A stretch of DNA of 64,000 bases, taken from Azolla caroliniana. Its lineage: Eukaryota > Plantae > Polypodiophyta. The notes under the pieces were generated by a model. That model ran no database searches. It had not been told where the DNA came from and saw only the letters and a program-made list of their open reading frames with translations. The stretch's first letter is position 1. Each line of letters opens with the position of its first letter. The translations under genes were made by a program, and so were the position numbers. Location: assembly GCA_043228905.1 (NCBI GenBank), contig JBHGNT010000008.1, positions 1,612,001 to 1,676,000 of the forward strand, given 5' to 3'. Positions 13,263-26,299 of this stretch are shown piece by piece.

Positions 13263-14304
13263 AGGGGGAGTTTGTTAGGAAACAGGTCCCTCCGGATGGG
13301 AAGTGAGAAGAACCGTGTTGATTAGCAACTCGACCGAGGACGAAACCGGATGTGGAGTACCCGGCAACGGAAGACCCAGTGAGAACCGGATGACGAGTAC
13401 CCGGCAACGGAAGACCCGGTGAAAACCGGATGACGAGTACCCGGCAAGGAAGACCTGGTGAAAACCGGATGTTGTAGGCCCGGTGAGAACCTCTCATCGG
13501 ATGGAAGGGACATATATGTAAATATGTTCCAGAGAGCCCACCAGGGCTATATTTGTAAATAGCCCAAAAGTCATATTAATATAAATATGACCTAGGGCAA
13601 ACTTAATGTATGATGTAGAGTTGGTTGTGGGATTATCGTGGTGGCGATAACTCAGTGGGTAACTGTGTACAGAGTAGAGAGAGAGAGAGGAAGAGGTTGT
13701 TGCCTCTGTTGTAACCGCCTGGTGGCGAAGCGAGGGAGCAAGAGGTCGTTGCCTATGTGCCCCATTGTTGTAATCTTGATATAGTGATATTTTGTAGTCC
13801 GAGGGCTGTCGTGGTTTTTCCCAGATTTGGGTTTTCCACGTTAACATCCAGTGCACTCTCTTCTTTACTGTTTCATGTGTAGATACATCTCACCACATCC
13901 CTGTTTTTTTCTGTGATTGATCCGACATCTCGGTTGTGGCCGAGCATAACTTAGGAAACCGTATTCCTTTCAGAATGTCTGTCTCTATGAAGGATTGTGG
14001 GCCATGGTAGTTTGATGGGTTCCTTCCTCGTGTATGTTTGAAAAATAAGTGTGTGTAATTAATTGCGTGTGTGATAAATGGTCTATAAAAGTGATGTGTG
14101 TGTATAAATTTAAGTGTATATTATTAGGTGCATGTATGTGTGTATATATACTACATATATACGAAAATTGTTTGTTTGTGTGTGTAGTGTCGATGTATTT
14201 GTAGATTGAATTGTTTGTAGGAGAGTGGTATATTTTTGTTGTTCTAAAGGGGGACCTAGGGACAAAAGAATGTATAGGCCACAAGTTTCTCTCACCCCTC
14301 TCAA

Positions 14305-14377
14305 ATGAGTGTCGCCCAATGGAAGGGCACCAGATTTTGAATCCGGAGGTATAGGTTTGAATGCCAATGCTAGTCAA
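14305..14377 (+). pseudogene. Degenerate tRNA-Gln(UUG)-like sequence (pseudogene or tRNA-derived element head)
   Basis: D-arm GCCC-AATGGAA-GGGC, anticodon arm CCAGA-TTTTGAA-TCCGG, T-loop-like GGTTTGAAT. The acceptor and T stems pair poorly. Confidence 0.45.
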
Positions 14378-15813
14378 AATTATTACTTACTATAAAATTT
14401 GCTCTCAATTTACTAGCCAAAAAATCCCTATCACTGAAGGGCACCGTTTTTAGCTATAGGTACTTACATTAAGTAGTCAGTCCGAAAGACATTGTTACTA
14501 GTCTCCTTTTCTTGAACCTGATCGGAGGGAGATTCCCCATTCTATGTATAAGCCTCCTTGTACAGTCTCTTTGTAATAATCCTTCATAACTAATGGGACA
14601 GTAGCTTCATTTTGGAAATAAATAATAATAATGATCACTCGAAAGTGCAACCAAAGCTTACATCCCACAAATTTAACCAATTTAGAGTGAATATTCCACT
14701 TGTTTCTCGGATTTTCGAGCTAAAAAATTTCACCATGATCGTTGTTCACACAAATATCCAATAGCATGGTATACAATTCTTTCGGAATACGTATAGATAA
14801 CATTAAGCTCCGAATGTTAAAAATATTCCATGCTAAACCATTTTATATAGGGTATGAAGAAGAATTTATATCGTAGGGAGTAACTTGGTTCAAAGTTTGA
14901 TGTAGGGAAAATATTCCCAAGTTTCGGAGTGCCCACCCATGTTACCATTTGTCGACATCAATTCCATTGTTATAGAAAAAAATGTTGTGTATTAGCATAA
15001 TAGTTTCCATGCTGCCTTTGTAGCAAAACATGCATTACTTTGGTCCCCACTAAACATTCCAATGGCCTAATTTAAACATCTTTTCATGTAATTTCTTATT
15101 CTTAGACTATCCACTATAATATATATTGTTGCTTTTGGTTCATTTTTAACTACACCATGCAAAACATGGATTGATGAAGGGAAAATATTGTCGAGTTTCA
15201 ACATGGGCCACCCATTCGGCTTTTGTTGTCTTAGGTTCCTAGAAAATAATAATGGGTATAGACATGAATGTTTTTATGTTGTCTTGAAAATCATTGTAGT
15301 AACGAATTATAATATGCATGCTTTGATCAGATTTCCCAAGTAGACGAATCTTATGCCATATATTGTTTTGCTTTTAACTCTTTGTTAATGCCATTTTTAA
15401 CAACTCTACTATGTCAAGCATGAAAAACACCAAAATATGTGTTCCTTTTTTGGCAAACTACATACATTCCCTTCTAGGTGCCAAAAAATTCTCTGATTAT
15501 ACATGATCATAGATCCAAGGGCTTTTGTAACATAAGCCTTCTCCAAGGAAATTTGAGTCCTGTAAGCATATTCACATGGCATCTTTTAAACATCTTTTAA
15601 TGTAATGTCTATATCTTAAAACTATCCACTATGCTATATATTGTTTCTTTTTATTCACTCTTAACTACACTCCCATGCTAAACATGGAAAGGAAATCCAA
15701 ATATTGCATTCAGTTGTACAAAAACAAGAATATCACATAAGTTAATCAGGCAGACCATTCACAAAATTTGGAGACTAACCATCGATCGTCTCAGTGAATG
15801 ATATTAGAGTTGT

Positions 15814-16400
15814 TCAACGATCAGATGCTTCCATGGGCAAACATGCAAATGGAGAAAGATGCGTAGATATGCCACCATCGATAGTCATAATAGTTCCTGT
15901 TATATATGATGCACTTGGCATACACATAAAGGCCACGACATGTGCAATCTCGGATGGATCCGCAAAACGCCGCAATGGAATGCGCTCTTCTAACAATGGC
16001 GTAGCCTCTATTGGTATCTGAACATAAACAAAAAAAACACTTCCAATGGGGACTCACCAGGATTTCAAGCTTCGAGGAGTTGCTTCTGATCCTCTACCAC
16101 GGAGACATCGCAAACACGGAGCCATGGATGCTTCCACTCCATGTAGCATTAGCAAATTCGGCCAGACATTTCTCCAAGTCTTCCCTTGTGTGTGCACACA
16201 TCCACACATGTGCCCCGAGCCGCCCAAACGCTTTTGCTATGGCCCGCCTGGTAACGGTAATGGGAGCATGCAATTTAAGTCTCACCCTCTGAAGGAAATG
16301 GATGTCACATATTCAAGATCAAATCACAAGTTTCTACTGAAATCCATATGAGGATATACAATAATGTTTTTGTTGGAAATCACAGGTTTAAATACAAAAA

Positions 16401-16445
<45 letters not shown>

Positions 16446-16542
16446 GCATTCATTACCCAATGCCTTTGGTTGCTCCAGTGACGAGAGCCATTTGGCCCTT
16501 TAAGCTCCATGGATCTCCAAAGTTACTTCTACATGAAGACAT
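15814..16542 (-). pseudogene. Tropinone-reductase-like SDR pseudogene (exons 1, 2 and 5 only)
   Basis: Exon 1 16542-16457 (MSSCRSNFGDPWSLKGQMALVTGATKGIG). Exon 2 16247-16058 has a 2-bp insertion, a premature TAG and a deletion. A 40-nt chimeric intron (16057-16018) leads to exon 5, 16017-15814. Exons 3-4 (NNAG, YxxxK) are absent. Confidence 0.92.
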
Positions 16543-16634
16543 CTCTGTTTTCTCTCCCCCCACTTGTTTTCTCTAGAAAGAGGACTAAAAGCAAAAAAAA
16601 GAATGGTTTTTTGCTTGTCTTTTGGTTCTTCTCT

Positions 16635-18945
16635 AATCTTCATCGCACCTTTGCCGAGGGTTCTCCACCACAATGGACCATGAGCAAAGTACAGTGGCCC
16701 CTATATATAAAGGACGGGACCCAATGGACCCAGATACATATAGGACCATTATGATAGGTCATACGCTCGCTAAATTATATGGTGCAGTAGTAGAAGCAGA
16801 GCTCAGCGATTATATGGAAACCTTAAGTCTTCGAGCACCTGAGCATGCTCGCTTTAGACGAGCCTTCTCCACTATTGACCGTATCTTCACACTTGATGCT
16901 TAATTGACCAAACGAAGGCTTGCAAGAAGAAACTATGTTATTTATTTGTGGACTTCCACACGGCCTTTGACACAGTTCCTAGGGAGCGATTGTTTGATAG
17001 GCTTAGAAGCTTGGAGATACCAAATGACATTATTTGGGCCATCTATGCTCTATATGAGCAAGTCTCTTGGTGCATAAGATGCCTAGATGGCCTATCTGAT
17101 TGCTTCACCAACACCATTGGTGTAAAATAGGGTTGCCCCCTATCATCAACTCTTTTTGGGATCTACATTGATGAAATCATTGATTTTATTGCTCGTAAGG
17201 GAGGCAACAAAGTAGCCATTGGGGGTACACAAGTTAGTCTCTTACTCTACGCAGACGACATAGTTTTGATCTTGGAGTCTGACCACGACCTACAAAAGCA
17301 CCTTAATGCCCTAGATGACATTTGCACACAACGAGGATTGGTAGTGAATCTAGCGAAAACTAAAGTCCTTATCTTTCATACATCGTCTCGAGTTAGGAGT
17401 AAATGTCACCTAATCCTTTCTTATAAACTAGTTGAGGTAGTTGTAATGGATCATATGTATATCTGGGAGTCACTGTTAGTGCTTGTGAAGGTAAATTCTT
17501 AGTGACCCAAGTAGCCAAAGATAGGCTAACGAGAGGATATACATCCCTCTCATTCTTAGAGAGACAATGCCACCAGGCATACTTTCAAGAGCCACGGACG
17601 GGCCCTTCCCTCATGTATGCATCAGTAGTATGGTCTCCAGGTTCATGTGGACGCAATTAGAGAGACCTTTGGTGACGATGTTATCACATTAACTCCGAAG
17701 CAAATCGATAGTACCACATGACATTATTACAGTAGAGTTCAGTTTGCCTTCATTGTTAGTAGAAGCACTTTTCCAACTAGTAGTTTTTATTCATAGGATA
17801 CATAGCCAACCACAAGATAGGATATCCCGTCAAGCTTTTGGGGCATCCCGATCCCAATATGCGTCTAGAGATACTAGCTCTTGGTATAGCACTGTAGTGA
17901 GTTAATTACTTGCAAATGGCATAGACATTAATAACCTACCTCCCCTTAAGTACAACCATGGGACTGATCAAACTTTAATCTCTGATCAGGACCATACCGA
18001 GGAAAGGCTATGTAGGTTATGTCACATAGAGATAGAGGATGTGTATCACTTCACATGCAAGTGTCCAACTTATGCCGAGATAAGGGTGAAATACCAAGAC
18101 ATACTAGAACCCTCTCCCACCCTCTCCAAACTATTAGATACCCCGGATATAAAGGGACTATGTAGGTATATCTTAGAGCTAAAACAACATAGGGAGAATA
18201 AACTACAAAGTGTTAACCACGACCATTTTAATATTCACCAACATGTAACTAACGTAATTTTTCAGGAACAAGAGGAGACGATGAATGTAGACACACCTAC
18301 ACCACTCGACCTCTCTCTTGACGAAGTAGAAATGCAAAGAACAACCAAACGCCCTCGGATGTCAGGCTTCAAAGCAACCCAACATGGAGTAGAAACAATT
18401 AAGAAGATAAGGGGACGTGAGCTATGCCGCCTAGAAGTTATGGTTGGGGTACCTTTTACACTGGAACCACGGGCCACATCCACATCGACACACTTTGACC
18501 TCTTGCTTCTTTTCAAGAGACTTGGATGGAAATGAAACTAGGCCTAGTATAAAGCCATTTCCTTATAGAACATGTTCTTTTACTAGAACTCTTTAGCTTA
18601 AGTTTTTCTTTATATACTTTCGATGAATGGGTAAATACCCCATTTTTGTTGTAAACCAATGGTCTCATGGACCAATCTTGGTATTAGAAGACGTTAATAT
18701 TTCTTTCTTTCTTTCTAAAAGAAGGTTTAACATTTCAAAATGCGATTGGTCTCATGTGCGTATAAATATTATGTCTTGTGGGCGTATAAATATCGTATTG
18801 TTATCGTATCGTATTATACTGTATTGCATTGTATCATATTGTATGTGGGCATATAAATATCATATCGTATCATATTGTATTGTGTTGTATTGTAATGTAT
18901 CATATCGTATCATATGATACGGCACGATACATCATCATCATCATC
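16635..18945 (+). mobile_element. 5'-truncated degenerate non-LTR retrotransposon (RTEX/RTE-like RT)
   Basis: RT motifs PIYKG..YRTIMI, FVDF..AFDTV, GVK*GCPLS..LFGIYID, LLYADD; C-terminal RLCRLC..IEDVYHF..CPTY..IR. Ends in (TATCG/TATTG)n and (CAT)5 microsatellite tail. Clade assignment is tentative. Confidence 0.82.
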
Positions 18946-19444
18946 TTGTGGTCAAATTTTCTCTTCTCATTGTCATGCTCGTTAGGGTTGTTGGACCAAT
19001 CATGTCTTTCTTCTTCTACGCTCTGTATTGCGTAAACCTCTCTCTCTACTCATCAGCCCAGTTTCGTTCATTAGTACGTCTCCAACGAGCACCACAAATC
19101 CACCACGATTATCGTGGCCATCCCACAACACAGATAAAGCATAGATGCACAAGAAATGATTTGGTGGGTACTCTTAGAGAAAATCATTCGTTAGATTGCG
19201 ACCTATATAGTACCAAAGTATGTAACATGGCATTTGCAAACATTATTTTTCATTCGTTTGTGTATGTTATGAAAACATACTTATGTCTTTTTTTACATTT
19301 TTTACCTGATCTTTCTTACCTTAAAAAATGTGTTACCTTACGATAAATAACAAATACAAAAGTATGGTATTTACCATACTTAGGGGGTGTTTACCATACA
19401 CAGGTAACCTCATATATTATCGGAAAAAGATGATTTGCAGAAGT

Positions 19445-19821
19445 TGTAACAAATCACAACCAGCTCGGCCGGATAGAAACAGAAAACATAGAGAAACAAT
19501 GGAGATACATAGAGTGGGTAAGAGAGAGAGAGAGAGAGAGCAAGACAAAATGAGTCTCTATATTCAAAAAGCTTTGTAAAAACTCTATACATCGAATGTG
19601 CTCAGAGAGAACTTTTATACAAATCCGTAAAAGGACTGACAAGTACTTCAATGCTCATAACTGAGCTCTGACACTAACTCCTAAAAATATGCATATCTAC
19701 TAGGCTAGGATCGTAGGCCTCTAACTGCCTACCGATTACACTCAAATCCGTCTCTTCGTTTTATTCAGCTGATCCGGATCATGTTGAGCTTGCTCGCTCA
19801 ACACTCCCTGTCAAGTTCAAC
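19445..19821 (-). mobile_element. Copia 3' LTR (19445-19803) with adjacent degenerate PPT; internal region lost
   Basis: TG..CA ends and similarity to the LTRs at 26300, 46618 and 53038. A PPT-like ctccctgtcaagttcaac follows on +. Confidence 0.8.
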
Positions 19822-19860
19822 ATAAACCAACATGTGCTCACTTCCATATTTGCAAAAGAA

Positions 19861-20381
19861 ACACAAGTCATATAAACATCTGTGCCACAGTTTCCTTATG
19901 ATTCTCGTTCACTGTTAATTATGGAACATAAAAGTATGCACATATTGGAACACAACAAAAGTGTCATCATAGTAACATACAAATATTGCAAAGCATAATT
20001 GACAGTTTGTTGGATATCAGAGTATAAAGGGAGAATATCATATCTATGCTCACTAAATATATTTGTAAAGTCACCATAGATACAATAGATAGATAGATAA
20101 ACAGATAGATATTTGTAAAGTTTGATCCTTGCAATTGGGCTCATACTTAGATTCTTTCTATGTTAAATATTTATTTATGGATGGGTTAAATATGATTGAA
20201 TTGGATTGTGTAAATGGATCTATGTGTCTATGTATCGATGGATCGAATAGATGTTGCATATGACAAATACACAACGATATATATAAAGAATTTACCCAAT
20301 GCTTTTGGTTGCCCCAGTCACAAGAGCTGTATTTCCTTTCAGGCCCTATGGATCTATTGGAATGCTCCTACTCAAGGACCT
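19861..20381 (-). pseudogene. Third tropinone-reductase-like relic: exon 1 plus a piece of intron 2
   Basis: 20381-20296 reads RSLSRSIPIDP*GLKGNTALVTGATKSIG followed by a GT donor (start codon lost, internal stop). 19861-19943 matches one unit of the intron-2 repeat of the intact gene. Confidence 0.8.
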
Positions 20382-21557
20382 CTCCCCAAGATAGAACCTC
20401 AAATTGTTAACAAGAAATGGGATAGGAAAGAAACACTTTTGTTTTGTTTAACAAACCACACACACATCTATTTCCCTTCTAAATAATGACCCATGCACTC
20501 TCCACGATATTTTTTGACATCTTTTAGATCTAGTAGAAAACTACGTTTATATTTTGCCCGGAAAACAACTCTTTGTTTAGAAAACACTTTACTCCAAGCT
20601 TTGAAACGACGGCATAATACACTTTTTTGGGCCCTAAAGGGTTTATACACATTTGAGAATATCACATCAAATAACTTTGAAGAATGACAATGTCTTGCTT
20701 TTGATAAGATTAAAGAACTGCTTTTGACAAGGTCAAGACATCAAGGATATGCAACTGTCAACATGACATTTATACGGAATGGTGAATTATGATTAGCATT
20801 GGATTAATATATACACCATTTTCTCAATCAATCAAATGTAAGGTCAAGACATCCAGGATATGCAACACAACATTTACATGTAATGGTATTGGGCCTCAAC
20901 GGATATATGGTGCACAAACATTGTAGAATACTAGGGCGTTCATGGTAACACAAGTCGACCTAGTTTGTACTCATCCTAGTTCTGCAAGAGTCTCTTTCAA
21001 GCCTACCATTAGAGGTTTTGAAGCTTAGAATAAGAGGATTACATACATAAATTGCGGATATGGTCATATGCACACTTACTTAACCAAGATTTTCAAAGAA
21101 ACTCGCGAGGGCGCACCGTGCCAAGTAAGTAGTTCTTGTTCCAAATATTGCTAAAACAGCTCTTAATTTTGGTCAAGAACAACTATATTATTGAATGGGT
21201 GATGAATCTGATTTCCTCAATTTTGTCCTTAACTTGTTGGGCAAATAAGTAATAAGTAAATAAAAAGATGATTTGAAGCTTTGAATAATAGGATCATGCA
21301 CATAAATTGCAAATATGATCATATACATAGTCTATGCAAAGTTACCTAGCCAAGATTTTCAAAGAATCTCTCATGGTTATAAGGGAAGTAGTTCTTGATC
21401 TGAAATTATATTGCTGAAATGTCTCTTAATTTTTTCAAGTATATGGCAAGGAAATGACTATGCTATATATCCTTGCGTCTGATTCTTCATTTATGTCCAT
21501 TATAACTACATTGCCATGCCCAACATGGCAAGGAAATACATGTGTTACATTAGTTTA

Positions 21558-23440
21558 TCAAGAATCAAATGTTTCCATGGGTGCACATGCAAATGGAGAA
21601 ATATGTGTACTCATGCCACCATCAACCGTGAGAATAGTTCCCGTTATATACGATGCACTCGGCATACACACGAATGCCACCACATGTGCAATCTCGATCG
21701 CGTCTGCAAAACGATGCAATGGGATACGGTCTTCTACTAATCCCTTAACCTCAATCGGCATCTGTACACAAAAAAGAAAAAAAACATAAACCAACATATG
21801 TGGTCACATCTGGGAGCATGATCATGGTGAGGACAATAAAGAATAAATAGAAGGAAGGCACACATTGTCTATGCCCGGCGTTGTTGTGTACCCAGGAGCA
21901 ATAATGTTCACTCGGATATTGTCTTTGGCCCATTCGAAAGCTAGATGTCTCCCCAGCTGATTCACTGCAGCTGAGAAGACCATCCAAAAAATCATATACT
22001 GAATCAAGTTGTAAAGGTCATCCACAAATGATGCAATCAATCAAGAAAATGTTTCGAGGATATGTCTAGGAATCGGCAACGGTTCGGTTTCAGCTTAACC
22101 GGTTTGGCCTTGTCCAAACCAAACCAGTTAAGCCCAAACTGGTTTGGGAGTTTCCAAACCTGAACTGAACCGGTTCCTAAACCGGCTTGGAAACTGGTTT
22201 GGCCCAAATCGGTTCAGTTCTGCTCGGGCCATACCAAACGGAGCTCAAACCGGTTAAACCGAACCGAACCCATTTGGGCCAAACGTTTAAAAACGCTTGA
22301 GCCGAGGCATTGCCGATTCCTAGATATGTCAAGAGGACAAAAAAAGACTGAAAGCATGAAACAACACAACTGAGCATGAAGCCTTATACCTTTACTAACA
22401 CTGTAAGCAGAAGTTTGCTCACAGAGCACGGATGAGGCAGCAATGGAGGAAATAAACACAATGGAGCCTCTTCCATTGGCCTTCATTAACGGGTAGGCAA
22501 GTTGGCTTAAATGTAGTCCGGACTCCAGGTTAAGAGCCATTATTTTAGAGAAATCCGTTAGCGCCATATCCAATGCCAGAAAATCTTTGTAACAGCCCGC
22601 ATTATTTACCTAGTTTGAAGAAGACAATGGAGAAAGACAAGTCATAAACATCTATGCTACAGTTTTCCGAAATTATGATTCTCCGTCACTGATCGAAGGA
22701 CAAAGATTATGCACAAGTCATAAACATCTATGTTACAGTTTTCCGAAATTATGATTCTCCTTCACTGATAGAAGGACAAAGATTATGCACAAGACATAAA
22801 CATCTATGCTACAGTTTTTCGAAATGATGATTCTCCCTCACTGATAAAAGGGCAAAGATTACGCACAAGTCATAAACATCTATGCTACATTTTTCCGAAA
22901 TTATGATTCTCCTTCACTGATAAAAGGACATAGATTATGCACATGTTGGGGAAGAGATTCACTAGGATGTCAAGCTTCGATGAAAAGTGGAGAGCGACTT
23001 GGGTGATGAGTTGCTTCCGATCCTCAACCACTGAGACATCGCAAACAGAGCCATGGATGCTTCCACTCCATGTAGCACTCGCATATTCGGCAAGGCATTT
23101 CTCCAGGTCTTCGCTAGAACGAGCACATACCCACACATGTGCCCCGAGCCGCGCAAACTCTTCTGCTATGGCACGCCTGGTAATGGTAACGGGAACATGA
23201 AATTTAAGTCTCACATTAGCAGGAAATCATTCGCTCCGAGAGTGATATATGACAGTTGTTGGGTTAGACATGGATCACTCCTCTGAAGGAAATGGATGTG
23301 ACATATTCAAGATCAAATCACAGGTTTTCTATTGAAATCCATATGATATACAATGGCTTTGGTTGAACAAACAGAGATATATAAAGATAATACACATGTC
23401 CATCTACATATATATACATTTATATTCATATACATTTATA

Positions 23441-23482
<42 letters not shown>

Positions 23483-23581
23483 AAGCATTCATTACCCAAT
23501 GCCTTTGGTTGCTCCAGTGACGAGAGCAGTTCGGCCCTTTAAGCTCCACGGATCTGCAGGGTTGCTCCTACAGGAAGACAT
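21558..23581 (-). CDS. Tropinone-reductase-like short-chain dehydrogenase/reductase, 5 exons, 276 aa, apparently intact
   Basis: Exons 23581-23496, 23176-22963, 22609-22390, 21970-21864, 21761-21558; all introns GT-AG; total 831 nt in frame. Motifs WSLKG, TGATKGIG, CDV, VNNAG, ISS, YSVSK, EWAKDNIRVN, ASYITG..VDGG. Confidence 0.95.
22067..22322. mobile_element. hAT-type MITE (256 bp) in intron 3 of the SDR gene
   Basis: Perfect 13-bp TIR TAGGAATCGGCAA / TTGCCGATTCCTA, 8-bp TSD GATATGTC (22059-22066, 22323-22330), and many internal AACCG/CGGTT motifs. Confidence 0.93.
22637..22942. repeat. Four tandem copies of a 76-bp unit in intron 2 of the SDR gene
   Basis: Units start at 22637, 22713, 22789 and 22865 (acaagtcataaacatctatgctacagttttccgaaattatg...). 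Confidence 0.95.
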
Positions 23582-24310
23582 CTCTGTTTTCTCTCTTCCT
23601 ACCTGCCCTTTGTATGTATGTATGTATGTATGTATGTATATGTACATATATAAGTCTTCCCTAAAGAGGACAACACCAACAAGAGTCCAAAGGAAGGATA
23701 GTCTCTTCCTTGTCTTTTTCCTTCTTTCTCTAAATGAAGGTTTAACAAATCAAAATGAGATGGGTCTCGTATTGTCGATACCCTATTAAACAGTATTGTA
23801 ATTTGTATCACACGCACGTAATCATATGTCATCTTTTACATTACGTGCGTGTGAAGTTTGAGCGAAACCATTGGGGACTAGAAATTCAAGAGGATGGATT
23901 GACTCGATTTTCTAATGTTCATTGTTTGAAGATGTTGTTAATCATGCTACTTTCCTAAAATTTTATTTATGAGATTGTATAAACTCCGTGGTGTTTTTTG
24001 TATGTATGTTGAATTTAGAGTGATTAAATAATTTTCGAAGAGTGGGCTAGGGATTTTACTATTTATTATTACTATGTTATTGTATTCTTTTTTATTTTTT
24101 TATTTTTCTATTTTTTATTTGCATTGTTCTTTTTGTGGTGTGCATGTGTTCTTTTGTGCTACTGTTTTAGCATACCCTTTTTTTTTCCAGAAAAGAATAT
24201 ACTCCTTTAGTTAAAATATACATAAAACTCGATCCCTTTCTCGTGAAGGCCGAGCCAAGACTATCTTATCCTACACAAGAGATCTTGCTTATTTATCTTA
24301 CGCTTTCACA

Positions 24311-24978
24311 TATGGCTCTAGCCATAGTACGTAAAATTCGTGTTCGTCTGCCATATCATTCGTTTTCATACGTTGGAAAACGAACACGAATGATATGCAA
24401 ATATTCGTGTGTTTTTTTTTTTTCATTTTTTTCATTTTTTTTTTCATTTTTTTTCATTTTTTTTAAATTTTTTTTCAATTTTTCCCTCTTTTCTCCCTTT
24501 TCCTCTGCACTAACGTTACGCTCTCTTCTCCTCTACAACCTAGCCTCAAACGATTTGCGATTCTGCAGAGTGCATTCAACCTTCAGGTATATTTAGTGTA
24601 GAAATATGGTTTTAATTTCAGTGATGAAATTTCAGTGCTAAAAAATCAGAAATTTCATCACGAAATTTCAGAAATTTCTGTGATGAAATTTCATCAATGA
24701 AATTTCAGTGATGATTGAAATTTCTGAAATTTCAATCAAAATTTCTGAAATTTCAGTGATGATTGAAATTTCAGAAAATTTGATTGAAATTTCTGAAATT
24801 TTTTGCAATTTTTAAAATTTTTTTTCCGTGAAAAAATGTTTACCTTATAGTAAACCATTTATCCAAAAGTATGGTATTTATCATTCTTCGAGAGTGTTTA
24901 TCATTCTCGAATGATTGAATCATTCTCGAACACGAATGCACGAATGGTACACATGGTTCATACTATGGCTCTAGCCAT
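24311..24978. mobile_element. Non-autonomous element of unclear class bounded by a 15-bp direct repeat
   Basis: TATGGCTCTAGCCAT at 24311-24325 and 24964-24978; inverted subterminal ATTCGTGTTCG / CGAACACGAAT motifs; internal GAAATTTC array ~24610-24810. A related degenerate sequence lies at ~19205-19420. Confidence 0.65.
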
Positions 24979-26299
24979 CCTTTCATGCACATCACCTACA
25001 TTCACTATCCCACATGCCATGTCTTTCACAACCCTCGTTCATCTAATGGGAGGGGGGAACAACCATTTGGGTACTTCATACTTCCATAGTATATCCATTC
25101 CATTTGTTGCGGCCATCGGTGTAGTACACCATTGCTTTCGAAAGTTCAGCCTCATTAGTTATGTAGCATCATTAGTACCATCAATCCGCTCATATTGAGC
25201 TCTTAGTCTAGTTATTAATGTGTGCCGGATTAGCTTAATTGATTCAGTAGGGGGGCGTTTGTGTGCTAAAAAATACCTTGGTACACCTTGTTGTCCATAT
25301 ATACCATATAGTAATGGGGGCAAGCAACATCCAAAAATCTCCAAGTTTTTGATTTTGTGCACAACTTGAAGGTACCCTGTTGTTAGTGATCAGCCGCACA
25401 CTGCCATTCTCCCCTCTGTACTTAGCATTGCATGTGCCATCATATTTCGCCACATCATCCTCAAGACAAATCCAGCAAGCATCTCCCCAGTTGAGGGTGA
25501 ACGAACTAGAGGCATGGCAAAGCAAACGTAGTGCCCTTCCCCATACATCCACTGCCTCGCAACATTCCCATAGACAATGGGAAATGCTTTCTATCTGTCC
25601 ACAAGCAATGCATCTGGGGGCTACATTGGGGCCTTTACCCCACGTCCCTACCGGTAAGGCTCTATCTGTAATAAGCCATAAACACATCATTATCTTGCGG
25701 TCATATCTATCATGACATATCATTTTCCAGAATTTATCTAGTCTCATTTCACTAATGCCCTCTTGTATCCAAAATTTCCTTGCTACAATCTTGTCGTGTT
25801 GTTCTAGAATAATTTGCCTCCCAATCTTCGTGTTATACCTGAAAAATTGAACTAGCTTTTCCCCATCAATTCTTCCTTGAGTTCTCCAACAATATATCGT
25901 TGGGTCCCATGATAACTGATCCAAATGCCATTGTATAGGCCAACACATTGTCACCGGTGTGATCTCCATTGGTTTAGGGTCAATAATCATATTCTTGCCA
26001 TTTTTTGTGATTAGCCTAATCGGCCTTTCTATTTGAAAGGTTGGTTGCTCAACTCTTACCATTCCATGCTCTAGTTTGTAGTATAATACTTCATTTGATT
26101 CTACTTTCATTCCCTTAATGCCAATTAAATAGTTCTCGGCATCTATAAGTTCTATCCACGCAATTTTAGAGGTTGTTACTTCTTCCTCTTCCACCGTATT
26201 CCTATAGCATGCAATGGCATTTGTAATTCTCTTGAGCATGGCTTTACCCTTGCTTATTCTCCATATTCTAGCCTTTTGAGTGGCCACCTCATTGGACAA

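Larger units (their letters stand above)
3169..13972 (+). mobile_element. Full-structure Ty1/copia LTR retrotransposon (defective), carrying a nested gypsy element
   Basis: LTRs at 3169-3804 and 13273-13972 (TG..CA), TSD GAATG (3164-3168 / 13973-13977), tRNA-Met PBS TGGTATCAGAGC at 3808-3819, PPT before 13273. Gag ~3836-4708; protease remnant/integrase 10199-11480; RT/RNase H ORF 11583-13262; several in-frame stops. Confidence 0.97.

Noticed and set aside
14780-15260. Possible plus-strand integrase relic (NIFPSFGVPTH-like)
   Set aside because: One weak motif with no ORF or termini is too little to call.
22637-22942. CRISPR-like regular repeat
   Set aside because: It is a pure 76-bp tandem repeat inside an intron, with no spacers.
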